Shown piece by piece: positions 26,142 to 50,810 of a stretch of DNA of 64,000 nt. The stretch is from NCBI RefSeq assembly GCF_000181795.1, contig NW_003526943.1:11522007-11586006 (forward strand), read 5' to 3'. Under the pieces are notes generated by a model, which saw only the letters and a program-made list of their open reading frames with translations, did not search any database and was not told the DNA's origin. The DNA comes from Trichinella spiralis. Taxonomy: Eukaryota. The position numbers were made by a program, and so were the translations under genes. Each line of letters opens with the position of its first letter. Positions within the stretch are counted from its first letter, which is position 1.

Positions 26142-27293
26142 GAAGAAATCATCATTCTTATATATATACATCGATAATTTTATAATGTTCATTTCTAACA
26201 TGTTCAACGAACAATATTAACGAACCATATTTTCATTTATTGCAATTTAATTTATTTAATCATTCAGTAATGAAATTTTATTTATTTTATACAAAAATAT
26301 ACATTATATAAAAAATAAATATAATTTATTAAACACATCGTTACAAAAAAAAATACCGAGAGAGAATTAATTATCCATGCAATGCAGTGCAGTAATGCAA
26401 GATGTATCATTGTTGTGCAAGTCTTAAGAAAGTGTCATAGATACTATATACTGTAATGCAGTAGTGCAAGTGAAATTTTTACAAATTATGTTTCTTTTTT
26501 AAATCAAATGAAGAAACATTAACTTTTGCAAATGATTGATAATATTTTTTATATTAAATGATCATTAAAAAAGTAAATCACATAGCAAAATTTCAATAAC
26601 TATCTTATTCCATTGGAATGGATAAAGTATAATTTTGTTTGATTATATGTTTTCTGTGTTAATTATTCATTGTTGTTTAGTTATTAAAAATATTCTTGTA
26701 CTTTAAAAAAAGAATAAATAAATAAATAAATGCAATGAAAAAAAAGAAAAGAGAAAATGATAATAAATATTAATGCAAGTGAATAGAAAAAAAATGATGA
26801 CAATGAAACAATAGCAATGCTTGGAATTTTGGTCGAATGTAATTACTTTTTAAGCAGGAAAGTGAAACTGTGCTATGGAAAATGGAAAGAAAAAAAGGAA
26901 GAAAATTTTAAATGAAACTGAAATAAAATGTTAATAATGCAAAGAATAAATGATAAGTTGTATTAATTTTGAATTATTGGATGAGATTTTTGTAAATACT
27001 AATCATCTTCATTGTACATGTATATATATATATAAATGTATAATTAAATTTCAATTTTTGCTCCAAAAGTTAATCGAACTTGCGTGGATATTATATTAGT
27101 TCTGTCGATTTGACAGGAGCTGTCTTTTGTAATTGTAATTGCTGTTGCGTCATTTTCAATGGAACTGAACGGCACGTGATCTGCATTTTCTTCTCAGGTA
27201 ACATTCAATGCTTCAACTGCAATGCCTTCCTTCCATTTTGGAATCTTCAACGGTAAACATGCTACACTGAGAATGCATTTTTTCAATGAATGT

Positions 27294-27331
27294 CTGACTG
27301 ACTGACTGACTGACTGACTGACTGACTGACT
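27294..27331. repeat. (CTGA)n tetranucleotide microsatellite, about 9 copies
   Basis: ctgactgactgactgactgactgactgactgactgact read directly. Confidence 0.95.
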
Positions 27332-30300
27332 ATACCGATGACCCAAACCAGCTTCCTTGTCGAAATTAGGAAACGCTTCTTCCGATGACGTGCTAAACAC
27401 GAAATGCTTCCATTAATGCAATCTTGTTTGCCTGCCATCAGGAAAAGTAAAAATCTCTTATAAACATTTTTTCATTTCTCCAATTTTATTTATTCTCCTT
27501 CGAAATTCACTTCACACCAACACTTGGTCAACTAGGCAAGTATTCAATTATTCTCATTTATTCCACATTTTCTTCATTAAATATTCAATTCATACTCTTC
27601 CTCATCAACATCATCATCATCATCATCTTCTTCTTCTTCAATTATATTCACATACACTTGATATAATTTAATATGAGCGTCTGATCAGGTTAAGATAATA
27701 ACATGAATATTCCATTGAAATATTTGCATTTTTATTTTAATAATAATATTATCCGAATTTTCAAACAGTCTTTCTTCTTTCTTATTAGTGTATTCTTAAA
27801 AATATCAAGAAATTTACCAATTCATCAACCAAATTAATACTTTTCAAATGTTAAAATTTGAAAAATTGGCATACTTTGGATTTATTTTGAAATTCTCCAT
27901 TTACATATATATCAAGCTTTCAAAAAGCGTACAATTGGCCTGTAAATTTAACATTGCGTATTGTCATCTGATGTGTTTAGCAGTAAGTGAAATTATTGTA
28001 AGTGAGTGAATTTGTAGTAAGTAAGTGAAATCGTTATCTATTATTATTTATACAGTTGTATTTAATCTTGTATTCAATTTTGCTTTTCTGATTTTAAAAT
28101 TTACAATTGCAAATAGCATTCTTTTTGAATCTTTTTAAATTGACATTGTCAGCCTACAAGTTAATAAATTAGTAAAGCTTACTTTAAAAATTTGAAATAT
28201 TTATCAAAAGAGGTGTTGGTAAAATTATTTAAATAACGAACAATAAAATTTCAATTTATCCATTTCATAATAAATTTAGGTAAATTTATTATTCAAATTT
28301 TATCACATTTCATATCATAATAATATTTTTAACATATGTTTAATTACCAAATGAAAATTTTTATTTATCTAAGCACATTAACTTTCGCTTCGCAAGATAT
28401 TATTTTTGAAACAGCATTGTTTTGAATTAACATAAAAATAATTAATTTTAAGAAAAATAATGATATACAAATCAAATAAATTACAAAATTTATAAGCACC
28501 GTTTTTGAACCGTTTCTTATAGAAAATCCTTTGAATTTTATTTCAATTTGATTATTATTTCATTATAATTATAATTATAATTTTGAATGTGAATATTGGT
28601 TGTCTCTTTTATTCTTTCTTTGTCATGCCATTTTTTTTGCATCATATTCAATAACATTAAAAATTACATTTAATAAAATAGTTTTGATCACACATGTGAT
28701 AACAACTTGATATATTTTAATTATTAGCATAAAGTAAAATTTAAAGTACGTTTCCTTAAAATTATTCAGTTCTATAGAAAAACCCTCTATGTAAAGATAC
28801 AATTTCATCAATTACTTCCTTTTATGCATGGAAATGTTATGATAAATTGCCATTTCACTATGAAACAAGAATTTTAACTTGAAAAATTTCCCTTTCTATA
28901 TCTTAAAATTGCTTATTTTTTTATAAAAATAAAAAAGCAGTTTAAAAATTTTTTAGCAAAAAAGAATGTTGGTTGAAAGAACTTGTTTAATTTTCAAAAA
29001 TGTTATACTTGTGCTGAAAACAAACAAATTTAAAAGAAAAAACGCACAGTTTCAAAAATTGACAATAAATTAGATGAAAATAGTTGTTAAGTGTAATAAA
29101 TTTCAATTAAACGTCCAAATTAACGCAGCTTTACTGAATCAAAAGCGGTGCAAGTATTCCGGTATTATTGTGATGCTCAGGTTCTATTGTGAGAGGTGAA
29201 AAGGTAGTATCAATTTTTGCGTTGATGAAACTGCAGCGCATGGTCGTTGCATGCGGATATTGCGCGGGCGTTCAGAGAAGACAAGGTTTCGGGGCTAAGG
29301 AAATGGTGAATGTCTACAAGAATTGGGAGATGAATGACTCTGTTCAGGGCAACACACCGCGGTGCCTAGTGACGACAAACGACGACACCTACTTTCTCAA
29401 TGTCACTTTGGATCAAGTTCTACAGGTTGATTGCCAGCGTTGGAATGGTAAAAGCGCTTACAACCTTGAAATATGGGTTAGACAGGTCATTGTCGCAACC
29501 AGCCGCGAACATGCGTACCATGGCAAACGTGAGCATGAATTATTATATACAAATGATGCAGGGGCTGGTGGGCTTTCCAGTTTCTAGCCGGTCGGTCGGT
29601 TTTTATAGCCATCTTGACGCTATCGTCACCATCTACGGCACAGGACGAGCGTAGTAGTAGGAACGTCCGCATTGGGAGGTCAAATTGTCGCTTTTCCAAA
29701 ATTTTTCTTACAATATTCACTGCCATGACCAGAGCCGTGAAACGTTGCTCTTTTGAGCTTGACTGAACTGAACCGTAACTGAACTTGTCAATCGTCACCT
29801 CCCCAAACCGCGTTGCATTCCATTCAACCCTTTTCTCATCTCTTTTTCACGCTTCTCATCTGCCACTTTAACCAAATCCAGTAAGCAATCAATAACCCTC
29901 TCATGATGTTTCTTGTTCATACACATATCTATCTATCTATATATATATATATAGATATAGATATTTATTTATTTATCGTTATTATTATTATTCATTTTCT
30001 TATTCATCATTTATTTGATCAATAATTTATGTAAATATGATTTCGAGAAAATAATAATAAATGAAACAATTACTCATTATTTACTCATTGATTTTTTTTA
30101 ATTTCTTTGTCTTCTTTGAAAATTATTAATCAAAGAATCATTCAACATGGTCGTAGGCGGTCATGGTGGACTGGGTCACGTGTTTTATGCAAATTTCACT
30201 AGCCGCATAACTCTGCTGAGAGGGAATAGAAACGAGCATTTGATTTATTAATGTGAATCAAATAGATCTGATCACTATGTCACTTTGATCAAGGTGTTAT

Positions 30301-30459
30301 TTGGTGTTTGATTTTTCCTTAAATTTTCTCATTGTCAATTAGCTATTTTTTTTTTCTTTTCTTTCAGGCAATTCACTTGCCGCCAGTAAACTCTCTATTC
30401 ATTTGCTTCGCGTTCGAGTGCTATTTGAACAAATAAGGTGCTGAAAATAGGAATATACA

Positions 30460-43701
<13,242 letters not shown>

Positions 43702-44658
43702 ATATGAGCACAGCTAATGAACCAAATTCGTGCGTGCGTGCGTGTGTGTGTGTGTGTGATGGTTGTGATCAAAATATAAAAATGCAAAAAAGTCATATCG
43801 TTTGCATAGCAAGATTTTGTTAGATAGAAAGTTACTTATAAGCCATGGTTCTTTTGGTGATTTTATGCAAAGCCGATTTGTTGCCGTAGCCATATTTTCA
43901 TTTTTTTTGTTCATGATCTTGTTGTAATAACAGCTGCGAACAACTGATCGCAAAAAACTTGAAGCATTTTTCCATTTTTCTGTAAAATCAATTTTTCCTG
44001 TTGGTCATAATTGAATAAAAATGCGATTCTGTTTTGGTGTTTGATTCAGTGTTAATCAACTAAATAAAACTGTATTTCGAAAGAACATATATTTAAAGGG
44101 CAATTTGCTTTCTTCTTCTTCCTTTGTCGATTTCGTTTTCCGATCCATTTTCTTCATCATCAATGCAAGCAGTGGAATTGAACAATGGAAAATTTCGATT
44201 GGAAGGAAAATTATTTTTAATTGGTTCGCGTTATGGGCAATTTTCATAAATTGCGTTGTATTATTTTTGAACGTGAAAACTTTTCACGCATCTCACCAGT
44301 TCAACAACAGCTGTGCATGCATGCTTTTCGTAAAGCATGCGTGCAACTTGCCACAGTTGTAAACTGTCCACTGAATACTTTCTATTTCTGTTAATGAGCT
44401 GCTTTTACAAACAAGCATGCATCACAATCACTAGCTGTTGTGTGGTCGGTGATGCATTTCTCGGCAATCAAGAAGTGTCGAGTGATTTGTTCAAGGGATC
44501 CAGTTTAAAATCATGCGCAACTTTGTTTGCCAAGAGGAGGGAAGTGGAAAGGTAGCCTTCGATTGTTGGTAAACACCAACACGTCGAGGTGCAAGAAATT
44601 CTTTCACATTATCTCGTATACTTACGACAACCAGGACGACGCTCTATCCATTTTTACA

Positions 44659-46131
44659 ATGATAAAAGTGGCTCCCTTTTTTACCCTTTTCTTCGTTCTC
44701 ATCCAATTATCATCGACCCAATGTAAGCATGATGCAATTTTTACATTTATTATCCTATAAAATATATTTACCAAAATTTAAACAGTTGATAATTGATTAA
44801 TTATCGTCACTAAACGTTACTCTTAAAATTTTATTCATATTTAAAAGCTCTATTTATGCATAAATATAAATATAAGTAAATTTATATGTATGCACAGCTG
44901 AATATATATATATTTATTTATTCATTCATTCATTCATTTGATCATTTAACAATTTTCATAAAAATACATTTTAGAATAGTTATTAACATCAATCAGTTAC
45001 TTACCTACTTGTTATAAAAATGATGCACTGCATATGAATATTCAAACTTGAAATTGTATGTAAATGGAAAATCCAAATTCATTGTTTAAATAATTTAGTT
45101 CAAGCAAAGCTCACAAATGCATATGATTGTGATTTTTATGCAGAATAATCTGGGCAATGTGTTCCTATTTAAGAGAAACGCGTATAGTTCGTATAGTTCG
45201 TATAGTGTAATTTAAAATTTACACTTATTCACAGTATCATTTATTGTACATTTTTTGCTTGAAAAATTGTTGTAAATTATTTATTTTGAAATATTTCAAA
45301 TCTGTATCCTTCCGTTACCTTCATTTACGTTTTTGTATTTGATTTGATTTTTTATTGTTGTCAGAGTTGTAAACAAAGCTTAAAATAATTTATAAAATAT
45401 TTTATACATGATGAGGCAAATGAAAAGTTTAATTATTAATAAAATTATGCTGGACTGAATTTTATTTTCGGATAAATTTCAGGACACTGAACTGATGCAT
45501 TAGTAATTGAATAACAATGGCAGTGTAGCATTTAATAGCACAATAATAAATTTGTACGTGCTTGCATTTTTCACGTTAAAAAATAAAATTAAATTTAAAC
45601 TGAAAATATTACAATAATAAGGCCATTGTTTCATGTCATTAAATTAAATTAAATTCTAAGCAAAAATACAATTATACAATACAAGAATTTAGATGATATA
45701 ATGCTTGGCATTTAATATAACAGTGGGATTAATAAGTTTAAAAGAAAAGCATAATGAATTTATAAAAAATTTTTTAAAATATAAACTGATATTTCAGATG
45801 GTGGATATTTATTCAACCCTCTGATAGCAAGATCATATTATATGTACTCTTGTCCAAGTGGTTTCGCGCGTTATAATGGTGTTTGCATTCCAAATCGATT
45901 TGTGCAGGTTTGTTGAAATTGATTCTAATTGTTAAAATAACAACTCGATTTAAATCACTTTAATTTTGAATAAAATATGCATTTTTTCAGGCCAAACCAG
46001 GCCAATTTTGCAATCCATTGACGGAATGCGTCGGTGGATCAATGTGTTTAGGTGGTATATGCAGGTGCTTACCAGGTCTAATACCAAGCGGTGGCGTTTG
46101 CGTGCTACCTCCATTCGGCATGTTTGGTTAA
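44659..46131 (+). CDS. Small secreted cysteine-rich protein with a single EB module, 104 aa (exons 44659-44722, 45798-45907, 45991-46131)
   Basis: Spliced translation: MIKVAPFFTLFFVLIQLSSTQ-YGGYLFNPLIARSYYMYSCPSGFARYNGVCIPNRFVQ-AKPGQFCNPLTECVGGSMCLGGICRCLPGLIPSGGVCVLPPFGMFG*. It has a hydrophobic signal peptide and 8 Cys in the EB-module spacing (C..G.....G.C...PG..C....C.GGS.C..G.C.C..G.....C). Splice sites are canonical and in phase. Confidence 0.85.
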
Positions 46132-46794
46132 TTAATAATTGCTTAAGAATTATTATTTCACTAACTCCATTGATACAATATTATTAGTGCAGTAGTCTAG
46201 AGTTATTTTTCATCATTTTATTATTGTAAATCTTTTATTTTTGTCAACTGTTCCTTTTAAATAAAATCTGTGTTTTATCATGCGCATTTATCAGAAAAAA
46301 CAAAGCACACAAACTTTCGTTTGTTCACTGATATATTAAAAAAGCACTTTTTCTTATGCTTCCCCAGGTATTTTGAAGCATAAATGATTTTCATTTACAT
46401 AATGCTCTGCACAAAATAAAAATTTCTTGTCTATTTACTTCAACTTGTATCAAAGATGTCGATTCTCTTATCATATATATATATATATATGCTATTTTTA
46501 ACAGCTGATATAGAAATTGATCTAAACAGTAATAATAAAACTTGTTATTTCAAATACAACTGACTTTTTATGCAAAAAAACAAAATAATAAATTAGTTCG
46601 ATTCATTATAATAAGAGCTGCTTATCAAAAAATCCTATTTTTAGTATCTTGTTGAAAAACACAACTTGAGCATTGAGCAAATCTTTAAAAATATAGCAAC
46701 TTCTAGAAAATGAAAACAAACAAATAAGTAAGTGATGCGGTGTTTTGCATGTGATGTGTCACCGGGATAAGGTAGAAGAGACAAGAAGTGCAGC

Positions 46795-49700
46795 TCATAC
46801 GCAGGACTCTTTTAAGATGAATGGTGCAATTAAAAAAAATTTATATTTGTCTTGTTTAAGCCACTGGCGTTTTCTTGATCGTTTGCCTAGTGACCGGCTG
46901 CTTCTAACTGAGCCTCGTTTATACAGTCCACCGTCGAATGGCCGATTGAATGTCCTGTTTTGCAATACAAAAGCATCTGATTCACGAATTTCTTCTGGAC
47001 GTATTTTTATATGTGTTTTTGCTACTTTAAGCACTTCAGGACTGACAGGAGCAAAAAGCATGTTATTAGTAATTAGTGTGCCATCATCAGTAATTAAAGG
47101 ACTGCTGACAACGGAAAAATCATAATCATCCGGTAGACCATACTTTTGACGTAACGCAGTTGCTTGCTTGGTATTAAGCAGCATTGCATCGCTGATTTGT
47201 ATCAAACGACCGCCTGCAGTGCGAATAAAAGCACTGTGCTTGAAAATTTGCTCACCAGCATGCAAACCACTGACAACCGCACCACCAAATGCATCTCGAG
47301 CGGTTTCAATTTTTTGTCCAAAATAATGAAGCTTTGTAATATATTCTGAGCCAGCCAAATCAATACACATGGTTGTCAAAGCCAAACCAACTACTATATA
47401 TATTATTGTAAAAAATAAATAAACTTGTTCAGATGGGACGATATCACCAAAACCTAAAATTGTAGCTTTTAACATCTAATGCATTTTACAGATATTCTAA
47501 TTCTAAACTAATTTACTGATAAATTGTTATATATACCAGGGGTTCTCAAACTTCTCTGGGCTGCGACCCAGTTTCGAAAACGGTAATTTTTTGCGACCCA
47601 CCTGCTTGCAATGCATATTTTAAAAGACAAGAGGGGTTAAATAAAAAATATTAGTTTAATACTTTAAATTTTTTAATGAACACGCCTAATTAAAACGTAT
47701 AAGTTTATTTGTCAAATGCATAATGAGGTGTATGCGAACAGTGGGCTTGTTTTCTCTTTTGGCTGATGACTTCTTCGAAGTCCGCACTAACACGTGTTGG
47801 TTCTAGTCGCAAGATGTTGGATGATTGTAGCTTATTTCTAAATTTTTGCTTTTAATTCCATTCAATGCTAAAAATCCAATTTCGTACAAGTAGAAAGTAG
47901 TAAAATGAAGCAGCACTTTTAATGCGGCGGTGGAAAAAGTTGTATATGTGTTTTAAACTAATAGTCAAAACTGTACTATGTTTTACGATCAAAACTGACT
48001 TTAAACAAAAAATCTTCAGACAAATCGGTTAATTCTCAATTTTCTTTTGTGGATATGCCGGTACGGACAACATCTGCGTGCTGTGAGAAACTGGACAGAA
48101 ATAGTGATTCTCAAGTCATCAGTAACTGAATCACAGCTTACTTGTTCACCCAACAATATTCGATTAGTAAAACTCTCTTAACAAAAATAAAGTCTACTCC
48201 CATACTTTAATATTTTAAGCGGCCCACACTTTGAGAACCACTGATATATACAATTCGCATACAGAACAGTATATGTAAATAAATAAGAATTTGCTTTAAA
48301 TCACTGAAAAAAGCAAACCTTACCTATTGTTGCCATGGTAATAAAACAAAAGTAGAACGCTTCAAAATAGCCCCAGCCTTCAAGCATTTGAAATAAAAGT
48401 CCTCCGAATGCCGTATAAGAGATGAGAACAACCATTGCCATTACAACTGGTAAATGGACGTCACCGGATTCTGAAGTCTGCTCTGATATGTTATCCAATT
48501 CTGAGTGTTTCGCATCTTCATTTATTGAAATTTTTTTCCCACAAAATGTAAAATTTCGAGAATGCTTTCCAAGCTATAAACAGAGAAATGCTAATTAAAA
48601 TTTAATTCACTTCAAATTTGCAATGCAATGCCAAATATATTGTGTGACAACAATACTGAATTACTTCAATTTCTTTACAAATTAAATAAAATATTTCATC
48701 AAATTACTTGCTACATTATGTCATAGAATTGTAAAATTTTTAACAATACGACTTTTTTAGAATTTAATTTACATGCGAGTGCAAACAACTGAACATAAAC
48801 TATCGTTTAATCATTAACAAAATCTATAAGAATTGTATTAAAACATAGTTAATTTTTAAAATTACACAATTTTAATTCAAATGTTCGAAAGCATTCTTTT
48901 TAAAATTCTAATTCTATAAACATATCTTTCAAAAGATTTGTAATTCAATTATTTTATATTTTGTGCTTAACTGAAAATTTGTTCTGCATATTAAAACTTG
49001 GTCAATGAATAGTTTTTTGCGATGAATCTTTGCAAGTTGTGGTCAAGCAAGTAAGTCATGATGCTCCAAATGTCATAGGGTAGTGTTTTTTTATTAAATT
49101 CATTTTTCTCAATGGCAAATAATAATTCAAAAAATATGCAACATTATTTGCTAAGTTCTTACTTTTGCTTTTAATGTCCTGAACTGGCGATATAGAAACG
49201 TTATTAAATCAGAAAGAAATTTTCCAATATCTGCAATGGTAATTAACAGAAGTGGTATTCCAAAGATGCCAAACACAATGCAAAGTACTCGGCCGGATAC
49301 TGTTTTTGGTACCATGTTTCCATAACCTAAAGAAATATCAATAAATGCGGATAAATAGATAGTTAAAAATTAATTTACCAATAGTAGTAATCACTGTTGT
49401 AGCAAAAAATATTGCCTGTGGAAAAGTCCAAATCGTACGATGTGTTTTGTTTAGAATATCGTTAATTGTGATGTATTGCTCTTCGTAAGCTTCGTATAAT
49501 ACAATTTCCAGACTTTTAATGCTATCCATAGCCTGCATTTGCCATTGTTCGCTTGTCATACCTTCAGCTTGACTGAGATTCCACATATTTTCTAAGAAGC
49601 GGGTTTTTGTCTGTGAAATCAGTTTCAGACTATTGCTTCGAACCTAAAATTCTTAGTTATGATAAATATTAAGTGATGAAAATTGTCAAAATTTTAAATC

Positions 49701-50810
49701 AAAGCAAGCATCACCTGCAATTCATGGGACAATTCAATAAGGTGAAATATACCGCCCCCGCAAACGGTATAAATGGTGAGCAAAGCAACAAGACCTACAT
49801 GAGGTAGAGCTATTTTCAGTATCTAGAAAATAATATAATATTTTTATTTATAAATTATATGCAATAAAAGCAATTTTTAAATTCAGTCAAAAAATAAAAT
49901 CAAAAAGTAAAGTTTCATAACATAACAATTAAAATTTTAAACTTAACAACAATACATTTAAATATTTTTATGAAACAATTTTATAAATGCATTAGAATAA
50001 ATATAGCATTGAAAATATGTTATTAACTGCACTATGAGGAAAATTAAGTGAAGTAATTTGCAATGATTTTTAAAATATTTCACAGTACAGAAACCAATCT
50101 TTTTAAATAAAATAACAAATTCGTATATGAATAACGAAATTAATGTTCTACTTCATGTTGCCAGAAATATAAGCAAAAATCTCCTTTTGTAATATTTTTT
50201 GGTTGATAATTTTAATAAAAAATATTTAATCAATCGAAGACGACTACATGTTAAATTCTTAATGCTAATGTTAATAAAAGTAATAATAGAAAATAACAGT
50301 GGTACAAAAAGGCCAATGTTCACGGTTATATGTTCCACATTACATAACGTTAAAGTTTTTTTAAAATCAAATTTCATATTTAAATTCTGTCATATTTTTA
50401 TACATTCATCATCTGTTGTAAAAGAAGCTTTTAAAGCTTCAGAAAAGAAAATTGAAAACAAGTCTTCAAAATGAAAAATAATTGGCTGCAAAAGATTTTA
50501 ATAGTTATTTATGCACATGCACTTAATAAGCATTAAGTGCTGTTCAAGTGTAGTGCATCAGCAGTTTTGACGCATGAAGAAGTGAGTTTCATTGAATTTA
50601 TATATTTGTATTCATTAAAGTTTTAAAAGTGCAATTTGTTTGATATTAAAAAAAGAAACTTACTCGTCCACATCGTTTCCCGCAGGAAACATCATCATCT
50701 TCATCTACTGGGTTCATTTCCATTCCAATTAATCTCTGACCTTCCTCGTTGGAACGGCTTTGATCCTGATAACCGTGTGATTTTAACATTGCTCCGGACT
50801 TGCTAAGCAT
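46795..50810 (-). CDS. Two-pore-domain (TWK/K2P) potassium channel, about 6 exons
   Basis: TM1 LPHVGLVALLTIYTVCGGGIF. Pore 1 WTFPQAIFFATTVITTIG|YGNMVPKTVSGR. TM2 GIPLLLITIADIGKFL. TM3. Pore 2 FEAFYFCFITMATIG|FGDIVP. TM4 VGLALTTMCIDLAG..YITKLHYFG. Both selectivity filters are split by an intron, as is typical of K2P genes. Confidence 0.93.
47537..48243 (-). mobile_element. Non-autonomous hAT (Buster/Charlie-type) deletion derivative, 707 bp, in the last TWK intron
   Basis: TIRs CAGGGGTTCTCAAA (47537) and TTTGAGAACCACTG (ending 48243), 13/14 match. Perfect 8-bp TSD ATATATAC at 47529-47536 and 48244-48251. Decayed transposase C-terminus on -: YTTFSTAALKVLLHFTTFYLYEIGFLALNGIK and ...ADFEEVISQKRKQAHCSH. 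Confidence 0.92.

Noticed and set aside
45144..45206. 38-nt candidate exon and (CGTATAGTT)x3 repeat in the EB-gene intron
   Set aside because: Including the exon would shift the frame, and the repeat is a short slippage duplication.
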